DNA of 56,443 nucleotides, the filler included, from Sphacelaria rigidula (lineage: Eukaryota), in NCBI GenBank assembly GCA_964200075.2. It is 5 parts of 5 records of this genome, joined end to end, with 100 filler letters (N's around TTAATTAATTAA, not from the genome) between each part and the next. Parts side by side here need not be neighbours in the genome. Positions count along the whole stretch, not along the records: positions 45,237 to 56,443 come from CAXNAA020005239.1; 4 more parts are not named here. One strand, given 5' to 3'. The notes below the pieces were generated by a model, which was not told the DNA's origin, did no database searches, and saw only the letters and a program-made list of their open reading frames with translations. The position numbers were made by a program, and so were the translations under genes. Positions 49,711-56,443 of the stretch are shown in pieces. The stretch's first letter is position 1. Every line of letters starts with the position of its first letter.

Positions 49711-52700
49711 CTTTTCGCGCAACCTCTTGAATGGCTTCTCGTTCTGGTGCAGCTTCTCACCATTTGTCCACACCTCGTAACACTGGCTTACTGTTGTGTC
49801 CGTCCGCTTTGCGCTCTCCTGTTTCGGTTCCAAGGTTCGGATTGTTTGCGCGGAAAAAAAAATGTAAGTACGAGGACAGTACAGTTATGCCAGTGAAATA
49901 AGGCCTTACCCACCAAAAATCCGTTGCCGGCAAAAAATAAAATGAACGCGGAGGGATATTGAAGACGTGTTGAAGATGTCATAGACTGGTCGGAACTGTG
50001 CCGAACCTCTGCCGAACATTACACACGCTCCATCCCAAGTTACCTAGGTTTAGCATGCGACAGCTGTAATCTTTTCGTCGCATAGTTCTCGAGACAGGAA
50101 GCAAACCGGCCTGTGGCACTTCACAGCCCCCCGCACACAAACTGGACCTATTCAGTGTGGCGGCGGAGTTGCTCAGTTCGCCACAGCGGATCCGAAAAGC
50201 CCCAGAATGTTGCAGGAAACGCGTTTTCAGCACATTTCGTGTTTGGTGCAGCGGTTTGCAAAGCGCTGAGGCCTCAGCGACCCGCGTTACGGAAACCTGG
50301 TGCCACACTGAACAGTTATGGTGTGTGGGAAGCGCATGCATCGAACCGCAGTCTAATCCTCTGCTTCGTTGCTGAGACAACTGCGTTGAAAGATAAGAAC
50401 AACAACATACTGCAACAAGAGGGGCACAATAACAACAAGAGCAACAGCTTCTATCCTCCTGTTGTGGTTACCCTTCGCACAGGTGTACAGCAACGTCTGT
50501 CACGGGTGTGTTGTAGAACGTACTATGGCAACAGTACATTTGTATCAGCGCAGTTGTCATTTCGAGTGACGCGTGTACTTGTCATTGATACTGATTGGCT
50601 CATTTAGGTTTCATTTCTTCTCCACTCAATTGACTGTGCAGTTGGTCGGTCCATTTTCCCGGTATGTAGTGCCCAGAATCGGGCCCCTTTCACGGGCATA
50701 ACAGTACAAGATACAATCCACACAAAAATAAGACCAAGAGTAGTTGGTGCTACAATCGTTACGTGGTGCGTACATGACACTTACGTGAAAGAATATGTAT
50801 TACTTCGATTCCACAACCTCGTGCATTCGAACATCCACGGTTCGGACGAGTACAATCGTGATTCGACTCATGTTCATCAGTTGTATCAATCAATCATTTG
50901 ATTCGTGCACCACTTGTGATTCGTACGTGTTGTGGGGTCGTCATTCGTGCGACACTACTTGTAGTGTACACATTCCCAGTTCGTGACTCGTGCAGTATAC
51001 CGACGAATGTACACGCTTCCTACCTTCCATTCCAATGGGATGAATCATAGGTGCATGTTTTCCACTTTCCAGTCGTATGGTGTGAATCATGATTGTGTGT
51101 TTCCCATTTCCACTCATGCAGCATGAACTATGATATGAGCACAAGTTCCCCACCTTCCATTCATACGCCATGAATCACAAGAACATGTTTCTCCCCTTCC
51201 ACGCATGCAGCATGGACCGTGCGTACGTCATCCTTACCATCGATACGAGGTGATTCAAGCGTACACGTTGCATTTGTACAAGCAGGGCTGGATCCCTGGA
51301 GGGCCAGTTCAAGTGCGACAATCAACGGATCGATTAATCAACCAAGCACGCCGTCTTCCACGCTGAAGTGTGGCCTGAACAGCACATGACATACCTCCTC
51401 TGTCCCGCGGATTGAAGTCGGTTAGTTGGGGTGCAGATATTTTTTTCGGGAATGCCTACGATGCAATAGTTAGGTTTAACAAAGATATGAAAGTTACAGA
51501 GATGGGGAGGGGGGTCACAAGGTATTGAGAATATTGAGGACGAATAATTGGAAATTTGGGGGGGGGGGGAAGGACTCACTTCAAGATTTTTGCCAGAGTT
51601 ATCCATTTTTTTTCAAAAATCGACGTATAATCGCCAAGTATCTACCATAACTACGATGGACTCTCCCGTGCACACACTAATGAGTCGAAAACGGGGGGCC
51701 GAAATATCATTCGGCCGCTGTTTCACCGTAGCGGTAGAGATAACGCTAGCTATTCCGCCAGAAACTCAAGGGTGACGAAGTAAAATCCAGGTCCGCTCAT
51801 CGAACTCTAGGGTGTTGGCCCCGAGTACTCGACAAGAGGATGGGATAACTGCAAAGCTGAGACAGACAATACCACCGGGGAGCTAGACCACTCAGTAAAC
51901 CGCCGGAGCGGGCGGCGGTCGCTTCTCACTCCAACAAGCAAAATGAGCCGTTTACCCTCAGGCCAGCAGTCTTGCGCCTAGAAAAAAACAAGATATGTAG
52001 ACGCCCGCATAAGGCCCGCATTGAAAAATCATTTCACTTTCGAACAGCAACGTTGCTCGTAGATTTCCTCATCGCGGCTGGACATCTCCGCCGTGAAACT
52101 TGCCGCACGATTCGGACAAAGCACAGGCAGCATGTGCATCAACCAGCGACACGTTCGGACCATGCACAAAAAACGAGTACAGCGATTAGCGATTTCGGGT
52201 GATATCGCCCTCAAAGCGGATTTCCCGCGGTCCAGATTACATGCACCGTGATCGAATCCATTTCTAGACATGCCCGTGCACTAACTTCCACAGCATGAGC
52301 AGCTGGGCGGCTGCTACGCTGGCGAACAACATCGACGTGTTCTGGGACACCCTGTGAAAACTGACCCTCAGCACAGAAATCATTTACATACCCCCTGTAG
52401 ATATGCTCAGTGAGGGAGGCACGGCCTACGTGCATTGTCGGCGCCGCAACGCGCTGAAGCTTGGGCCACATGTCGTGAGCATCAAATTCATTAGGCTCAT
52501 GTCGCTGACTTCGGGGTTGTGCTTTACAGCAGTGCGCAATGGGCTGTGAAGAGGTGACATATTGTTCTGAAAATGTGTCTATTTTGGCGCAAGACTACAA
52601 GTATCCGATCAGCTGAAAGAGATCGGGCTGGAAAACCGCTCAGAGACCGTGAGACCGCGGTTCAAGAGGGAGCTGAAAAGGTGATTCGCCGCAAGCCTTC

Positions 52701-54275
52701 GAGGTCTAGAAGAAGCGCCGGGTGGACGTCGTCTGCCATCAGGTGGACAAGATGACCGGTAACTTTCTTGACCAAGGAAGCGTGATACATCTGAACGAAA
52801 GTTGGGCCTTCCTTGTGGGGAACAAGGCACAGATTCGCGTCATCCGGGGTGAATCGAGCCTCGGGTCTCCCCGCGTACAGCACAAGAGCGACCTTCCGAA
52901 CATGATCATGTTTGTGGCAAACCCTCGGCCGGACCCGAGCCACGGCTTCGATGGAAAAATCGGCAATTAGCGCATTCGCGTCCCGAAAACGGCCAAGAGA
53001 TCATCCAAGAAAAGGAAGATGGGGGGTGAGGGGGGGGGGTGTACTCATGATCATGCATGCCGTAGTCATCGGACCGATACGAGACGTGGTGCGTCGACGA
53101 CCTTCTTCGCGCAATCCAGCTCACGATGCTGTGGCCACGTTCGAAGCGAATATTAGTGCAGCAGGACGGCGCGAACCCCCACAGGGGAAAAACAAAGTCG
53201 ACACTCTCAACTCTGCAGGAATGGGGCGGAGTTGGATGATAAAGCTTGTGGTGCAGTCTTCCCAGTCGTCTGACTTGAACATCAACGGCTTGGGCTTGAT
53301 TGCGTTTCTCAAGTCAAGGGGGATGAACGCCAGGTCGATAGACGAGTTATTGGCCACCATCTTTGAGCAGGACGAAGGGTACGACAGAAATATGCATTTG
53401 CAATATTTAGAACCGAAGACTGCGTCAATTAGGCGTGAACGGCAAAAGCGTGGAGCATACCGGGGTCGCGGTACGGTAGGTGGCGGGGACAACGGAAAAG
53501 GGCCGTAAAATAAAATTCTGAGGCCTCCACCCCTGGGATCACCTAGCATCAAGTTCCAATGACGGCGAGCGATAAACATAACTGACTCCACTTGTGGAAC
53601 ACAGAAAATGTGAACCTTGGAAACACAACGCAGTTGTTGTGACCAGACGTACACATCCCGCTTCACGACACCCTTCGACCAACTCGTTACAAAACGTGAA
53701 CGACAGCCATACCAAAGGGTAAAAATCGATCTGGGAGAGAGACGGTTGCGTCAGTGGAATGGACAACATTTTTTAAGAGCCAACGCGGTGTTTGGAAAGC
53801 GATGAGCATCCAACGACTTTCCATCCAAGCGACATCAGCTGCCCTATGAGGACGCGGGGGGAAGGGAAATGGTAATACGCTCAGCCACGATCGTTCGGAG
53901 CAGCTGTAAATATATCAATATATTTCCCCACGTAATATAGCGCTGAAATTTGACACTATACCTCACAAGGAAAACTTTGCATGACGCAGTGAAGACTCGC
54001 GGTTATCGAATCAAGAAGGGAGACGTGCTCGACGCAAAAATGCGTTAGCTGCCCCATACATTGCAGTAGTCCTTATTTTGTACCCTCGCTCAATAAATCC
54101 CCTTGCCCTCCACTTCGTCCGTCCCCCGTCCCCGCCTCTGACCTCTCTCACCTCCACTTTGGCGGCGAGGAACAGACAAGCCGACGCGATGACAAACCGC
54201 TCGTGCTTCTGAAAAGAGTGCAGCATGAAGAACTTGTGGAAATAAACCAGAGCCGTTGCGATCGCCTCCTTAGGA
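49711..54275 (-). CDS. Cyclin, transcriptional cyclin T/K/L-like (partial; exons 54275-54152 and 49818-49711)
   Basis: PKEAIATALVYFHKFFMLHSFQKHERFVIASACLFLAAKVE|ESAKRTDTTVSQCYEVWTNGEKLHQNEKPFKRLREK contains the cyclin-box motif ACLFLAAKVEE across a phase-0 GT-AG intron. Flanking exons were not identified. Confidence 0.85.
52570..53508 (+). pseudogene. Tc1/mariner (DD39D-like) transposase pseudogene in cyclin intron
   Basis: Frameshifted motifs in order: VIHLNESWAFL (HLDE.W), RVQHKS..P.MIMFVANPRP....FDGKIG, AKRSSK, RILVQQDGANPH, WMIKLVVQSSQSSDLNINGLG (QP.QSPDLN..DLG). The first and third catalytic Asp appear mutated. Confidence 0.88.
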
Positions 54276-56443
54276 CTGGACCGACACCGACACGGTGCAC
54301 CGACGAACATGCACGATTGAAATGACAGGTGACAGAAAACGGAGCAAGAAACGCCAGAGTGATGGAAAAGCATGGGAAAACAGCATCAAAGGCGGCATGA
54401 ATCCTGAGAAAAACCGACCGGCAGGGTTATCACACACACGCAGACCGGGGGTTCCGCGAGATGTAGCTATTTCGTCGTCTTTCATTTATTTTGATGTACG
54501 ACTGCTCAATTCGTCTATTGAGAAACTGCAGATGAAGCCGCCTTAAAACGAAAAAATGACGAGTACCACATCCTCCCTTGTGAGGATTTTTTGGGTAGGG
54601 GATGTATTGCGATCATCCCCCAGGACGAGGGAGGCAAGAGCGTACCAGCAGTGCCTCCCACGTGTTCGGCGTCATCGCCGATTGTCTGTTACGGGCCCTG
54701 ACGGTAGATGATAGCCCCTTGGCGTGCTTGGGGGGGGTGGTATGTTACTCATGGTGGCGACCTCGTCCCCGGGATGTATGTCGTCTCGAGAAGATGATAT
54801 ACTAGGGGCATCGCTACCTCGGTCACACTGTAGGCTTTGTTCGTAGTTCGGTGGCGAATGGCTCATACGCTGAAGAATACCCCCTTTGCGCTAAGGGTGT
54901 TTCGCGAAGGGATTCATTAAATTCATCTCCGTGGGAACGGAGGGGCTGGGTAGTAAATGAGTAGAGTAGGATGGGTGTGACTTGACGATGCCCCCCACCT
55001 CTTCAGAGGCATCAACATTCATATGCTATTCGCATGAAAGGCCCGGTCTCACCGTAGTAAAAAATGATTAATAAAATTGTGACCGGGAAAATGATCAATA
55101 TGGTTCGTAACATTACAAACACGAGATATTGCTCGCCCGTCTCATCAGAGGAAAGAAAGAACAACAAATAAAAATGTGATGTGACAACACGAGAACAGAC
55201 CAGGATTCCCAGCACGGTGGCAATCACGCGCAAGGTGCATCGGTATCGTCGAACGGTCGTAACGAATACCGCCTCTCGCACGAGCGAGAGCAACAGGAGC
55301 ACCACCTGCACCAGCACCACCTGTGGACGGTTGGGGGTAGGGCTGAATCACCCGATGCCGATACTGCGGCTCCTGCTGCCGCTGCCGCCGCCGCCGCCGC
55401 TTCTCCGTGCAAGAGGCGGTTCGCGTTTGACCGTGCGACAACGCCGATTCGCCTTGAGCGTGACTGCCGCTCTGCTGAGAATCTCATTCCGTACTACCCG
55501 CCGATGGTCTATGCTTGCTCACTTGGCGAAGTGCTGGAACGTATAGCTGGTCGGGTCTCTACTCCTCCTGTACACCTCTGGGGGGGGTGTATTCATAAGG
55601 CGAACAGCCCACGCGTAGCAACCATTTGAATTTTCTTTCGCACACTCATCGGAGTGTTCCTCCGTTCTCAGAAAAATTGATTCAACGATGGAAAAAAAGA
55701 TGAGAATGCGCTCGAGGGCGATGAGAATAGAGCATCAGTCCTGAACCAGTCAGAAGGAACGAATGGAAAAAGAACGTGAACCATCGCACTCTCATTGTCA
55801 TGATATTTTATCATCATTCTTCTTGTCTCAATAAGACGGGGTGTGACGTGCGAAAACGATCGATTACACTTCCCATGGTGATAAGGGACGGGAAGAACCG
55901 CTTCCGTCCCCGGTTGAAGCAGTACGTGTGGTCAAAATTTGAAAATAAAAAATGTACACGTTCCCCTGACGCCTCCGTGTCTTCACCTGCATCGACATCC
56001 GTGTCTGCAGCACGCCGAAACGGTAGATACTACCCTGTACAAACAGGTTGGGGGGAGGCGGTACAGTATGCGGTGATGAAATCGCGGGGTGGGGGATTAT
56101 TTTGCTTTTTCCCGCATGATTATACTTCAAGTATTCTTAAAGCGCCCCGGGCGAATTCAAGGTCATCGTCAATCGCACGCTATTGGCAGAAACAGTATTT
56201 AATAGACATCACCCCCAAATTTAGGCACAAACTATCCCCTATCCCCGCGGACGGCTATTTTCCCTCTCTCTGCGCCACTTTGCACCCCTCGCCCAAATCC
56301 AACTTGGTCTACAGTATGTTATTTACTTTCGTCGGCAATCTGACACTTTCTACGATACCCCCCCCCCCCCCCCCCCAACAAACAACGCGTTATGCCTAAG
56401 TGACACACAGCTCAAAGTACACCCCCCCCCCCCCCACACACAC

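Noticed and set aside
54563-56399. ORFs upstream of the cyclin exon as its 5' exons or as separate genes
   Set aside because: No frame shows cyclin N-terminal motifs or other domains, and I could not build phase-consistent exons.

Overview
Eukaryotic, intron-rich, repeat-rich DNA that most resembles a brown alga (Phaeophyceae, Ectocarpus-like). That assignment is inferred from gene structure, the 72-bp LRR exons and the LINE/SINE style. The window is not one locus. It is five contigs of 11210, 11210, 11208, 11208 and 11207 bp joined by N44-TTAATTAATTAA-N44 linkers, so they appear sorted by length and are probably unlinked. Hand-assembled spliced genes: contig 1 has a minus-strand gene encoding paired EF-hands, a STIM-like SAM domain, a fibronectin-III domain and a hydrophobic segment, head-to-head with a cyclophilin whose first intron holds a decayed LINE. 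Contig 2 has a complete 4-exon gamma-glutamylcyclotransferase-like gene with a GC-AG intron. Contig 3 has part of an adenylyl-sulfate (APS) kinase with a Cys/Pro-rich N-terminal extension. Contig 4 has two 72-bp phase-1/1 LRR exons about 8.4 kb apart. Contig 5 has two exons of a cyclin T/K-like gene with a mariner pseudogene in the intron. Mobile DNA includes RTE-like LINE relics, tRNA-derived SINEs, a Stowaway-like mariner deletion derivative, a G-rich-terminus repeat family, and a TGT...ACA MITE carrying telomere-like repeats nested inside a SINE. The strongest candidate for novel biology is the STIM-like EF-SAM-FN3 membrane protein. Most ORFs in the supplied track are spurious.
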